A stretch of DNA of 64,000 nucleotides from Lingula anatina (GCA_051362555.1 CM120644.1:17506534-17570533); one strand, 5' to 3'; numbered from the stretch's first letter, positions 36,491 through 49,456 are shown. Notes: generated by a model from the letters alone, not told the origin. Numbers and translations: made by a program.

Positions 36491-37992
36491 ATTTCTTTCT
36501 TTTCTCCTTTTTTCTATCAATATAATTCCACAAGTTCCTTTGAATTTAGATAATCACTGAAAAGGTAACCTTATTATAACCACCAAACAGTTTCTACACC
36601 TTTCAAAGCTGTAACACCTTTTCCGTCATCTCTTTATTTCAGTCTGATAAAAGTCTAACATTTTGTCCCAGCTTTACTTAATGTCAGTGGCGGATCACGA
36701 ACAAGGCACGTCTGGTCACGTGTCCCTCTGTTAAACCCCCTTCCCCCCCCCCCCCCACCCCCAACCCCCGACTTCGGCGGTACCCCCATTTACACCTGCT
36801 TTTTAGCTGGTATAACAAGCGAAACGAGACGAAATCAAGCGATCTTTCTTTTTTCCCCTTGCCCCCCCCCCAGCAATATTTTGGATTAGTCGGTGTATGT
36901 CAAATGTTAAAGAGGTACTCGTGTATTCAGGTGTTCTTTCACTCTTCTCACTTCTCCAACATTATCAAATGTTCAATGTGGAGAACTAAACAACTTCCAT
37001 TAACTAAACAGGATTACATTTTAAAAGAAATCTTCTGCCAGTATCAATGACATTGACGAGCATGACGGAATTTAGCTTGTATCCTGTCCCCGTGGGCAAT
37101 AATCCACCTAGCGCAAAAACATGGGCAAATCGTCCGGAGGCCAAACTTCAAAGAAACTCGATTGACAACTATGAATGTTAAATATAAGATCCTGCAAAAC
37201 AATGCAACCCTTTAAGATGGATGCCGCCTCTTGTCTCTTAAGGCGCGCAAAGAACAACAGCGAACATCTGAATGGTCGTTTTCGCATTATCTCATTTAGC
37301 GACCATAAAATACAACCCACTCCAATGAGGTATGAATATGCATTACAATGAAAAAAAAAACACCGGAGGGTTTTATAGTAATATGACATGGGATTTCTTT
37401 AAGACACTCCACTGGCGGTGGTCAAAAGTGTACACACATTCAGAAGTATGCGATCAAATGAATTATAAATAGCGGTTCATGATCACTATGTAATAAAATT
37501 GACATGATTTAAATCGACTTTTTTATGTAAAATTATATTAAAAGTAATTTATTTTCTTTTGTTGTTTACTTCAAGATTGTATGGCGGTGGTGTGTCTGTT
37601 TGATGACCTAATACGATGCATAATATATTTGCATTTTCATTTTTTTTTAAATTAACGCCAGTCTTCATCAGAATGTGTCTGGCTTTTTAGGTGTAGAGAG
37701 TTCATTAAAGTGATTTTTATAAATCCAGTTATATTAAACTGACACCGGTGACTATTCCAAATCAGATCACCTGAAGACGACCTAGCGATAAGGTCAAAAC
37801 GCCTTGATCTCCGCATCAACGAAAGATCCAATATTAGGATTAATTTTCTCATTAACTCGGTGGAGAATATAGCTAGGTGCCATCAAAACAGAACTAATTC
37901 AGGTGACAAAGTCGTTAAAGTCAGGTTGGCTTCATCTACCGCTCGTGACATGCATTTGTCAGAACACTGCCCACAGCAAAGGGTTTGGCGGT

Positions 37993-37999
37993 ATATAAC
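37993..37999 (+). promoter_or_regulatory. TATA box of the Gly/Asn/Tyr-rich gene
   Basis: TATATAA ~90 nt upstream of ATG 38082. Confidence 0.55.
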
Positions 38000-38081
38000 C
38001 GCGCGCCCAGACAAATAGAAAAGTGTGCCTAAGAGATCCCTACCGTAGATAGCAACAGCACTGCAAGCAGAAGACGTCAAG

Positions 38082-39570
38082 ATGTGCAAGGTTTTGATTG
38101 TTTTGGCCATCTCATTGGCGATAGCTTGTGCCAGCGATTCACCAGGGTAAGTGTATTAGCAAACATACGTGTGTTTACTTTATCTTTGTCCGGAAATTAT
38201 TTAAAGGCTGGCAACAAAATTGTGGTTACAAGAGCAATGCGTTTGTTTGGAGTCGTGGCGTTTTTTGGGAGTAATTGTAAGTCGGTTCTTTACTTTAATT
38301 CCAAAAGCAAGACACGTTTTCAATGAGTTTTATTTTATTGTGTATGAGCTGGGTCCTAATATGTTGGAATTACTACCTTTAATGACCAACACTGTTTAGG
38401 ATATTATTAAAATACCTGTATTGTGTAGCCATCGGATCATTTCCAAATACTTTCAAGTGTGCAAAATTATTTCTCTGTATCATATTATTGCTTTAATTTA
38501 TTTCAATTTCTATCGCCCATTGTATGTGGATTTTATAAAAAGCTAATTTCATATATTCCAAAAGATATGGAGGCTAGAAAAAGGAGCTACAGGGATAGAT
38601 ATTCCACTAAAACTTAAAGCGAGCTGACGATCTTTAACCTACATGTAGCTGTCAAATGCGAACTCGTCTTTTCAATTGGTATAAAATATGTGTAATCGTA
38701 TCCAAAAGCGTTCTCTGCTAGATCAAATTAAAATTTTTCTTGGTCCCAACAAAAATTTATTGCTCTCTTCTCCCCCTCTCTCAAGAACTAGGAACACCCA
38801 GATGTGAAAGTCAACTAGAGGCCTACTGTCATAAAAAGTGAAGCTTAAATCATGTTAACTCGAGACATGACTGTCGGGCAATGTCACAAACCTACATTTA
38901 AATCCCTACAGAGTGCCCCTTAGGTCTAAAAGCGTGGATACATTAAGCTTGTTTAACCATCATACACCGTTCATCATGCTTACAAGTCATCCTAGGAAAA
39001 AAAAAAAACAGTTCACAACCAGTGCTTGTTTAATATATTTACAGATACGGCAAAAGACGCTGTGCCCAAGGAAACAGCGGCATAGGGAACATCGGCTGCA
39101 GAAACAGCGGCAACTATAACGTTGGCTACGGAAACAGCGGCGTTGCCAACCGCGGCAGCGACAACAGCGGCGTCGTTAACCGTGGCAACACCAACAGCGG
39201 CGTTGGTAACTACGGAGCTCGAAACAGCGGCGTGGGAAATCGTGGGTATGGCAACAGCGGCGTCGGTAACTATGGTTACGGGTACAGCGGCGTGGGAAAC
39301 AGCTATCACCAACGTAATGCTGGTTATGGAAATGGTCAATACAGCAGTGGGTATGGTAATAACAATGGGTATGGACGAAGGTACGGAAGTTCTGGATACG
39401 GTAATCGCAACAGTGGGTACGCCAACCGTGGTGCCTACAACAGTGGGTACGGCAACCGTGGTGCCTACAACAGCGGAATAAACAACAAGGGATATTTCAA
39501 CAGTGGCGTCGGCAACTATGGCGTTTACAACAGCGGAGTAAACAATGGAGCAGGCAGAAGCTATCACTAA
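38082..39570 (+). CDS. Secreted Gly/Asn/Tyr-rich pentapeptide-repeat protein (~196 aa); coding exons 38082-38146 and 39045-39570
   Basis: Exon 1 encodes signal peptide MCKVLIVLAISLAIACASDSP then GG|gtaagt (phase 2). Acceptor tttacag|A restores Gly in frame with ORF 39232-39570. Body of N-S-G-V-G-N-x-G-x-x repeats. 3'UTR intron 39600-40128, ATTAAA at 40272. Confidence 0.88.
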
Positions 39571-41875
39571 GCATGACGTAGAAGACGCATTGGAATTAGG
39601 TAAGTGCCGACAAGACACAGTCTCCTTCAATACCGAAACATAAAAAATTATATCATATTCAAACAAAGTAGGTGTACACAGGATCTCAGCTGTTATCAAA
39701 AATAGTCAATTATGTGTGTTCTATAATTCTTTATTAAAGTTCTCCATATTATCAAGCCGAAACAAAGTACATTTTTCTGGCTGAAAATTCCCACAAAAGG
39801 TTCAAGTTACGTTCAACTGCTGCGTACAACTGCAGCCAATGTTTTATATATTACTTGCATCCGTTGCATGAAGCACGTATTGTCTCATACATTATATGTA
39901 GTATATGCATAGTTGTTTCTCTGAGTATAGCAGTTACGGAACGAATATTTCACGTCAGCCATTTCCAATAGTTTCTGTAAAAAAATGACGTCCATAGTCC
40001 GCAAAGTAACTGCAATAAATGCAGCGTTACATGAAATACTTCCCATGATTTTACATTATATATTAATAGCGCCAGTACTGCAATCACATAAATTTCGAAA
40101 ATAAATAGCATTTTATTTCACTTTTTAGATCCAAAACCAGGTTGATACCAGAGACGACATCCTGGCAGTTTATACGCTATTTTCCTCTACATGCATCTAT
40201 GGACAAAAAGGAACTTGGCATCGATTTCTGTCTATATTTTTGAAAAAGTGTATTATTTGAATGAAATTGGAATTAAATACTATTCGTTCAAATCGTGGAC
40301 TTTTTGTCTAGTGTTGTTAATCGTATCCGACGCGTTCTTATGACGAACGGTTTTTTTTCTCTAAACACGTTTCCTTTTCTAGATAATGATACAAGCATTT
40401 TCTCTCCATGATAAATTTGATTAACCACAACAAAATGTGTTATTATTGTAAAATAAATCAAATGATCTGCCTCTTTTTAGAATATATTCATTTTGTTTGG
40501 GAACTGTTCCAACATTGTGTTCCCGTCGTAAAATACACATTAAGTGTCTCGTTTCCTACCGAAGATTTACTATCTGCTTATTAAACTCGTTAGCATACAG
40601 GTGTGTTTTACAGCTCCAGTGTACAATTATAATAGCATATAAAGGGACAACAACTCTCCATATGAGACCCATGTTTTACAATAAATACATTGTAAGTAAC
40701 CCATGGAAATATCATAAATTCTTTTTTATCACCTAAACGGCGGTTTTATCAATTATTGTGGAATCTGTGCCTGCCATCGAACCACTTGGCCTCCATAGAT
40801 GGCTACCCTCTGTAACAATTTCTTAATAGATAATTACAAAAACCATTTTTTTAGAAAAAAAAAATAACTTTTAAGAGAGAGAGAGAGAAAGAAAATAGAG
40901 CTAACTTTAAATGTCGGAACGGAATACCATTGATCGTTGGTAGGCTACGTATGGGAGAATTGTCGTTTTTTTACCCCAGGAAAAACCATTTTGGCCCCAA
41001 ATGAACAGTTGTGATCCCTTTATAAGGCCTGCACTTTATTATATAATACCTACCTCCTCTGTAATAACCCTAACACAATACATGTCATCTTTCGTGTAAA
41101 CGTTTTCTCGTGCCAGTAATTACTTTACCTCAAGGCAACATCGGTGTTTAGGAAATCGTAAAATAACTTGTTTAAAATGATCCAAATACATATGGCACAA
41201 AATACCTACTGTCGTATGAGACGTGAGACGTGATGTACCATCCTCAATTCCATGTTTGATTATAATTTTATTGCCTTTAACTTGTGAGAAAAGCTTCAAC
41301 ATTTGTGTTGAAATTGAAATTGGCATATTCTTCAATGACTGAGACCATCATTAGTTTAAAATACTATTTACATATTATTGTATTCAAATGCTCTAAAAAA
41401 TCTTTCCACTTTGACTGTTCATTTAACATCTTATCCTACCAGGTAAAATTACAAGGTACATATTGAATTAATGGCAAGCATTTCGAGAATTTCCGTCCAT
41501 ATATACCACATGACGTTAATATTGCTTAATCATATGTGTAACGGACCGAAAACTGTGATGTTAATCAGGCCGTTGCTATGGTAACCAATTCTTTTACAAC
41601 ATGTGGCGTTGATGGCGTAGTTTATATCCAGCAATGGCGCGCACGAGCCCATAACATTCAATCACTCACACACGTACGCACACGCACACAGACACACACA
41701 CACACACACACCCAGAATTTTTTTACTTCATTTTCTGGTCCACGCTTGTCGATCTCCAGACATTCAAAGGTTCTTTGTTGGAAGGTCGTCATGGTTACAG
41801 GCAAAAACCACCAATCCAGCACCTCCTTTTTGTCACGCCCTCAGAAAAAAGTGCTCTGTTGAATGACACCGTCCC

Positions 41876-42997
41876 TTATACCAATATGAATTTGAAAGGA
41901 CCTGTAACAAATAGAATACCAATTTGATACGATTGTTGAAAATTATGCACCTGTGCCTATAGGCGCAGCAGAGACAAGTTCTCTTCAGTGCCCAAAGATA
42001 AATACAGTCACCATATCAAAATGTCTGAAATAACGACAGGAAAATGGGTATTTAAGTACAGTGAGAGACCACTTAAGATACATTTTATTGTCACTTTAAC
42101 TGCTTTTCTTTCCGTCTATTAAATAGATGAGTACACGTTTTATATCATTTTGGGCCGGTAGTATCTACTAATTGAAGTGTTAGTGATTGCGCCATCAACA
42201 TATTGTCCACAGGCACTGTGACTTTACAGAACTTCCACGTGTAATTAGTCACTATTATTTCCTAACATAAATATTCTGTGTCGTACACACCTTTATACAC
42301 ATGAGTCACCCCTTTTCTCGAACTGATATAAAATTTTTTACAATTTTTCAGCGTTGAGTTGGATTTGCCCAAAAATCATAATCTTTTCCGTAAAAAAATT
42401 AGTTCGAAATTTCCACCATATCGAGCGTCTCTGCAAACCTATCCTTATTATTTACTCGAAAGAAGAAAATATCAATAAAATTGAAAGTTGATAGAGAACT
42501 CCAAAAATGGGATAATTTTTTTCTGTGAAACAAGTTTATGTCATCTAAAAGATTTGATGGATATCAGTGCATTTAATTATTTGATAGTTTTTCGGCTATT
42601 TTCGGTAGTTTATGTACCTATATGGCTTTCACAAAGTTCTCCCGTATATTCCCGGGGGCAGTGGCACTTGCACAAAATGGGGATGAAAGTTCCGCCATTT
42701 TGACACGTTCGATGGCATATATAATTAACTGAAGTAATAAAATGAAGTATTTTGTTCTGTTGAAAAAACCTGTCATCCTGATGTCATTTTACTTTTCTGC
42801 ATGTAAAATTGACTTTTCAAGGAAAAATTACAAATCGACATTTAATTCCTGTGTAAAATATACAGATACTAGTGCTCATTATAATATTGAATAACGCTCA
42901 TTTTCTTGTAAAAAAATCACAGTGCAGTTGATCTTGAGAAATATTTCAATAAAAGTTCAAATAAAATCCAAATAAATAGTTTATTGTTTACCTATAA

Positions 42998-43030
<33 letters not shown>

Positions 43031-43555
43031 AATATTCAAAAGAAGATAATTAAAGAAACGTACCAAATTGACATAAGGCTCCATCGCATCCGGGCGGACA
43101 TATACATTCACACGTATTTTCGTTCAGGACCCCGCCGTTAAAGCACTGTTTATTACAACCTGAGCCCAGGGCTGGAAATTTGTGTAAAATAAACATGATG
43201 TTTTGTCAATTACAAAATACTGAGAATTTCCAAATGTTGACAAATTCAGGGCTGGGGATAAGAATAAAATAGTCCCACTTGTATTTATTATTTTTTTCAT
43301 AGAAAAATACATTTATCTCGACAGATCATGACAATTTCATCTAGGTTTTATCCTGTATACTACTAAATGTTCATCAAAGAAAAAAGTAGAGAGATAGAGA
43401 GAGAGAATGAGAAACGTTGTTTATAATTATAAGTGAGGAATGGAAACAACCTCGACACGAGAGGGAGCACGTGCGTGTGGTGTGTGTTCGTTTGAGAGAG
43501 AAAGAGAGAAGGAGAGAAAGAAAGAGATAGAGAGATTGCAGGAAAAGCACCGAAC

Positions 43556-43589
<34 letters not shown>

Positions 43590-44247
43590 GTGGGTGCTTT
43601 TCTTACGTTGGTCACACAGATCTCCAGTCCATCCCGGGCGACAAGAACACGTGCAATCAGGCTGCAGTTGACCATTGACACAATTCTTGTTGCAGCCTCC
43701 TGAATGGTGAAATGAACAGCCTTCACATCATGCGATTCGTGAAAGTTAATCTTAAAAGCCAGTTAAAAAACTTGACATAAATATCTCTTCACTGTATATC
43801 GTTACCGTTATCAGTTATCGTTCATATCATAAGAGGCATATAAAGCGTTTAAAAATAAAAAAAAACTTTTCATGCGCTACTATGGATGAGATGTAATGCC
43901 TTATCTGTTGAGTGTATATTTTGCTTGTATGTTGCACCTGTTCTGAACATCTGAACGTTTTGTTAGTTTCACTTACGTTGCGAGCACGTGGGACCCGTCC
44001 ATCCGGGGTAGCAGAGACAGGTGCACGTGACAGGGTTCACGACGCCATTCATGCACGTTTTGGTGCACACTCCTAATTCTGGAAGAACAATTCAATTAAC
44101 ATCTAATGCACAGGTGAATTCCCAGTTTCTGCTGCTTATGTACCAGAGGGAGAGAGAGAGAGAGTAATAAAGGATGTTCGTCGTTCACGCACATCCAGTT
44201 TGTTGCGGAGGATTAATTAATTAATTCGAATATGACGAAAAAAATTA

Positions 44248-44289
<42 letters not shown>

Positions 44290-47150
44290 GGCGATGAAGA
44301 TGACGAGATGGAGAAGAGTCCGTGTCTCATATCTACAGGCAACGTGAAATAATTACACAACCATTTCAGTTATTTGTACAAGAAGATACACCACACTTGG
44401 TGTGTTTCAGTCAACTCACGTTTAGTACAGAGCGTTCCAGTCCAACCAGGCTCGCAGCGACACGTGCAGCTTGGTACGTGCAAGGTTCCATGTGGACCGC
44501 AGTTCTTCTGACACACTGAAAAAAAAACGATATGACATTTATTGCTTTGCGGCTGTATACATATATCCTATTTAAGATGTTACATGTGATTAATACTCGA
44601 AAATCACATCACATTTTTAAAATCTTTTTCTACAATGAGTATGTATCCTCGATGCATGAACACTGGCGGATTTAGTAAAGAAACAGAAAGAAAAAGCAAA
44701 AGTTAATAAAAAATTGTTACTCGTTATCTATTTATTTTTTACAAAAGTTTTTTACAAAAGATTTTTAACTACCTGGTATCCTCCACGTGTCCGATACTCA
44801 CCGGTACTTGGGGTATTGCAATCAAGTCCTGTCCATCCGGGTGGACATTGACAACTGCAGTCTGGACGATGTGTGCCACGGACACAATTGTTGGGACACT
44901 CCCCTGGAACGAGGAAACAATATGAAACAATCACGAGTGATGTTACAAACCCTGGGAAAACCAGGCGGTAGTAGTACAGGGTGGCGGCACTCTTCTGAAA
45001 TGAAACGAGTTTCAGACGGCTGCGTGTACACATTCCCTGCATGGGGTAGACAATCACAAGTGATCTACAGATGATAAACACACCATGAAAACCAGTTTCC
45101 AACGGCAGAGGTACTTATACGGGGCGGGTTACTCGCCTGAAATGAAAGAAGTCGGGTCTATGATATAGCTACTACCATTTAGGATTTGCAGAGAATGAGA
45201 ATAGGTGTATTTATATTCCCTGCCTCACTGGGTCTTCTCTATGAGGTGGTGTACCTCCTGTCTGGAACTCAAAAACCATTATTTTACTGCTACTGGTTTT
45301 TGATATAGATACAAATAAAGATAATTTCCACCGTGGCATGGGCTTTTAGAACACTGACACTTGCTTTTTGTTACAGGGATAAATGCCAAGAAGGAATCAC
45401 TGGGACATTTAAGGGTAAACACAGGACAATTTAACTATGGGCTTTAATTGTTAACGTCCGTTAGTATAAATGTACAGTTGATAATATAATAGCAACTTGT
45501 AACACCAGCACACGCGCCATCTGAATGATTTTTTTTAGAATTCTTAATTAGAGATCAATATAGCACTAAATCACACACACAAACCACCCCACCAATTGCC
45601 ATTCATAATTTTTAAACGCTCATTGGTTTTTCAGCTGGTTCATAGGCCGCGCATGCTCACTCCATCTCGTTATCATTATCCAAAGCTTACTTTTATTACA
45701 GGTCGGTCCTGTCCAGCCGGGTTGACATACACAAGTACACCGTGGATAGTCCAGGTAGCCGTGTATGCATCGTTTGCTGCATCCACCCCCTAAGTCTGAG
45801 CAGAATTTAGTGAATGAAATTAGGAATTAGCGAGAAGTAGTAAAGAAAAAAAAACGAGAAGTAAAAAGTTTTTGTTAAGGTCTTATTTGGGCATGTCTGT
45901 GCCAGTATGCGAAAAAAAAAGAAGACAACAAAACTATAACGACAGCAAAATACAAATTATAAAGGTGCAGATAAAGTATCAATACATCGATGTCAATTTC
46001 AATAAAATAAAATTGAATACAATTAAATAATCAAATTATTTTGTTATTAAAAGTGAAGAATTGACCAGGTCAGATCCCTTGTACTGTATCAAGACGAGCA
46101 AAGCCACTAAAGGTACATGTACATTCAGACTGCACACATTGCAGTAGCTGGGTGGTCCAACTCTGCAGCGGATTTTAAAGTGCAATCAGTGGAATCAGTT
46201 GAATCAGCACACGTTAAGTACCCCCTCGAGGATGTGTGTCAGATACTAGTAATTAAGCTACTTACACTGATTGCACTTTTGAAAGGATCCCCCGCAGAGT
46301 TGGTTCGACCCAGCTAATACATCTACAATATGTGAATCTGAATGCGGTCTTACACCCCATTTCCATAGATTAGATCGACCTACTTTAGATCGACCTAACT
46401 CCCTGGGGGTTCACGCTAAATAGCTGTCAGCCGGGCGGACACGAAAGTTAATTACCCCCTTACAGCTTGTAGTAGGCGGGACGGACATTTAAGTCGGATT
46501 ATCTGAAAGTAATCTAGTGAGACTCCCCGCGGGGATATATCGATCTAAAACCTATGGGAATAGAGCCTAAGATATAAGGTGCATCTTGCAGAGAGCAACA
46601 GTTACCCTCTATTGACAGCGATGTAATACATTTATAAAATAAATTCATTCATTCATAAATATGTCAAAAATATCTTACATTGGTCGCAAAGAGCTCCTCC
46701 CCACCTCGGGAAGCAGTTGCAGGTACAAGACTGGCTATCCAAGGTGCCATACACGCACTGCTTGTTACGTCACACCTGTGAGAAACATTTGTGACTTAAA
46801 CCGTTATTTCCATTAACGCATTGTCGCGGTTAACTAGCTTGTAATAATAGTTAGTGTTCGTAGAGCATAATATTCGTGGAGATAGTAAAATAATGTTTAA
46901 AAAATTTAAAATTCAACATTTTAGAAAATAATTCAGCAACGGTAAAAAATCAATGCAAAGAATACGTCAGAACCGTAACTGGATGTAAAAAAAAAAAACT
47001 TTACAACTTCATGACAATATTACGGTCTCAAAGTATTTCATTTGTACTTACGTTGGTCACACAAAGGTCCAGTCCAACCCTGGTTGCAGATACACGTACA
47101 CTTTTGAGCGTTGAGGTTTCCATTCGCACCACAGTTTTTGGTACAGGTCT
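41876..47150 (-). CDS. Multi-EGF-like repeat protein, copy A (5' exon not identified)
   Basis: Phase-1/1 exons with GT-AG borders, one domain each: 47052-47150, 46679-46775 (97 nt, out of frame), 45691-45789, 44802-44903, 44420-44515, 43977-44072, 43607-43699, 43064-43171, 42618-42728. Last exon 41876-41901 (GPFKFILV*). Pattern C-x3-C-x8/10-C-x-C-x-C-xx-GW-x-G-xx-C. Confidence 0.85.
46145..46316. repeat. Small palindromic MITE-like element
   Basis: tagctgggtggtccaactctgc / gcagagttggttcgacccagcta and aagtgcaatcagtg / cactgattgcactt inverted pairs. Confidence 0.6.
46355..46565. mobile_element. MITE family copy; inverted copy at ~53104-53322
   Basis: tagatcgacctaactccctgggggttcacgctaaat matches atttagcgtgaacccccagggagttaggtcgatcta near 53245-53281. 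Confidence 0.7.
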
Positions 47151-47198
47151 CTGAAACGGCAAAATTTTAATGTTAAAATTTTAATATATATATATATA

Positions 47199-47596
47199 AC
47201 ATTGGTCAAAAAGGTTGTCCCAACCACATTTCCATGTACTTTTATTTACAAATCATCACCTCACAGCTGTGAACTGTTAGAAATAGTGCTTTCACGGATA
47301 CCGTGTCTAACATGTTTAATGGTTAAAAAATACAAAATAGTGGTGAAAATATACACATTTTATACGATTTAGTACAATTTATACGAAGTACCCCCTCAAA
47401 TCGACTGTTTCACTGTGACTTCTACAGATGTAATGAAATGTCTATAAAATTGAAAAGACGCCATCAAATGTCACCAAATCCACACACAATTAGCATTAGG
47501 GTGTGCTCGTTATATAAAGATCACGTGCCTAACAGCGTGTGCGTCTACCGCGTACTGCAATTATCTCCTGAAGATGGCGCTACAAGCCTTCAACAC
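47199..47596. mobile_element. Truncated single arm of the 5358-7025 Tc1-derived element
   Basis: ~400 bp near-identical to 5361-5757. Confidence 0.9.
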
Positions 47597-47841
47597 AATA
47601 AATAAAAATAAAAACAGATAAATGAATAAAAAATAAAAACAGATAGCTAAACAGACACTCAATATATTTCGACTATCCTGATAAACAATATGTCCTGCAC
47701 TTATAAGTGTGCTGCGGAGATATTTGTCAGGCGTACATCCGCCGGTTCCTTCGGGGAACCGAGAGCAGCCATCACAACTGATGTATGGCTTTTGAAACAT
47801 GTTGTTACCTCTTCATATTTACGTACGATAAAAACATGAAT

Positions 47842-47906
47842 TGTTCATAGATGAGTCGCATTTACCACAAAATATTTTTGTGGTAAATGCGACTCATCTA
47901 TGAACA
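47842..47906. repeat. Perfect 31-bp inverted repeat with 3-nt loop
   Basis: tgttcatagatgagtcgcatttaccacaaaa-tat-ttttgtggtaaatgcgactcatctatgaaca. Confidence 0.9.
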
Positions 47907-48004
47907 CTTACCACAAAAAAATTTGCATTAAAGCAAAAATGTTTATTCCAAACTCATGATATTTAGATCTACAAATTAAGACAGCCTGTCTGAAAAGTAT
48001 ATAC

Positions 48005-48175
48005 AGGTGTGACAGGAATGGAAGTCCGCTAGGAATAGTAATCTGCTTCCCATTACTTTGTACATGTGGCATTCGTCCCATATACTAACCCCAATACTTC
48101 AACTAACCCTAACCTGTACTAATCATATGAGAGCCCGGACTTCCATTCGTAGGACTTCCATTCCTGTTACATCGG
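48005..48175. mobile_element. MITE, uninterrupted copy of the element at 55453-55750
   Basis: ggtgtgacaggaatggaagtcc...ggacttccattcctgttacatcgg. Confidence 0.7.
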
Positions 48176-48799
48176 CCAGTTTTACCATTACGTGCATGCG
48201 TAGATAGCGGTATGAGAACACCTACGCATGCACATAGAAGGCATGATACACAAACTCATAAAAAACACACTACATACTCACCAAATCACACATGCGTGTG
48301 CAAGCGTGCTCACACTAAAACACACAGACACACGAACAACTCTGACACACGCATGCACCCATGCACGCACAGGCGCACATACTTACACAGGAAAATAGTG
48401 ACAGACAACATTCCATCAGTTTGAAATCTGTTCAAAAGGCGACCCCGTGGAACAATAAGCAATGCCACATCCTAGGCGGTAACTTCAGGCCCATACAACA
48501 TAAGAAAACAACAAAAAAAAAAAAAAAAAAAAAAAAAAACAAGGAAAAGATCTAGAGAGCATGCCTTAGGAAGCAAATTGACAGACTTTGTCCTAGAAAT
48601 CACTGTTTTGGTGCACACTGGTGTTAACATTCCCTCGTTCGCGTACGTAATGATTTTCAAACGAAAAAACCACTTTAAGGTAAATAATTGGTTAACGAAA
48701 TACAATATAATTGTATTTTCATATGTCAACATTGTTCCTTCTACATGTATATACTATGTTCCTTCACGTATTTTACTTCACGCATATGCTAGTTATAAG

Positions 48800-49456
48800 A
48801 CGGAAATTAAGAGAAGGTTGAAGAAGTTGATCATGTTAAGTATTTTGACTCGGTTAATTATAAAACGGTTGATGGAAACTCAACAAAGGGTGTTAAATGA
48901 GAATCGGAATGGCGAAGGCCAAAGCAAACAAACTGGTTAATATCTGGAAGGTCAAAAGTACACCAAACGGTGTTAAATGTGAAATTAGCGAAGACCTTGA
49001 TATGACTTGTGCTCATATATGGGCAATAAAAATGATGGGTAATAAAAAGAGCAGGAGAAACGAAAAGAAGCAACTGAAAAGGGGAAAAAAGTTACGCATA
49101 TTGTGGCGGGAAAGACGAACAATTTAAGCGACAGTGTTCTTGAGGAACTCGACCTTGAGCATGAATTATTGAACAAGATCAAAGAAAGGAAGCTTATTTT
49201 TCAAGGCCACCAGCTGCCATTGAAAAAATTAGAGTTCATACAATATTTCAAAGAGACCCGATAAAGAGAAAACGTGGCAGGTCGAGGTTTGGATGGAAGA
49301 AAATGGACACAAAATTGACAAGAAAAAGTTTAACAGAGGTCATGAGGACGGCAGTTGATAGAAAGAAGTGGACGGGTTCGGTCCATGGCGTGTGCCGACA
49401 ATCTTCGATATGCGAAGGATCGGGCTGAAGATGATGATGATGATGATGATCATGAT
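48800..49456 (+). mobile_element. RTE-clade LINE 3' remnant
   Basis: Frameshifted peptides TEIKRR / RIGMAKAKANKLVNIWK / LRILW / ELLNKIKERKL, ending in a (GAT)n tail. Confidence 0.75.

Noticed and set aside
39045-39570. Horizontal transfer from mycobacterial PPE genes
   Set aside because: Similarity is limited to low-complexity periodicity. The gene has introns, a TATA box and a eukaryotic signal peptide, so convergence is simpler.
39013-39699. 228-aa minus-strand and 119-aa Ala/Thr/Val-rich ORFs
   Set aside because: Alternate frames of the Gly/Asn repeat exon. The splice phase and signal peptide support the G/N frame.
46266-46322. 57-nt phase-1 candidate exon (VLAGSNQLCGGSFQKCNQ) in EGF gene A
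   Set aside because: Lies within one arm of a palindromic repeat and lacks the EGF pattern.
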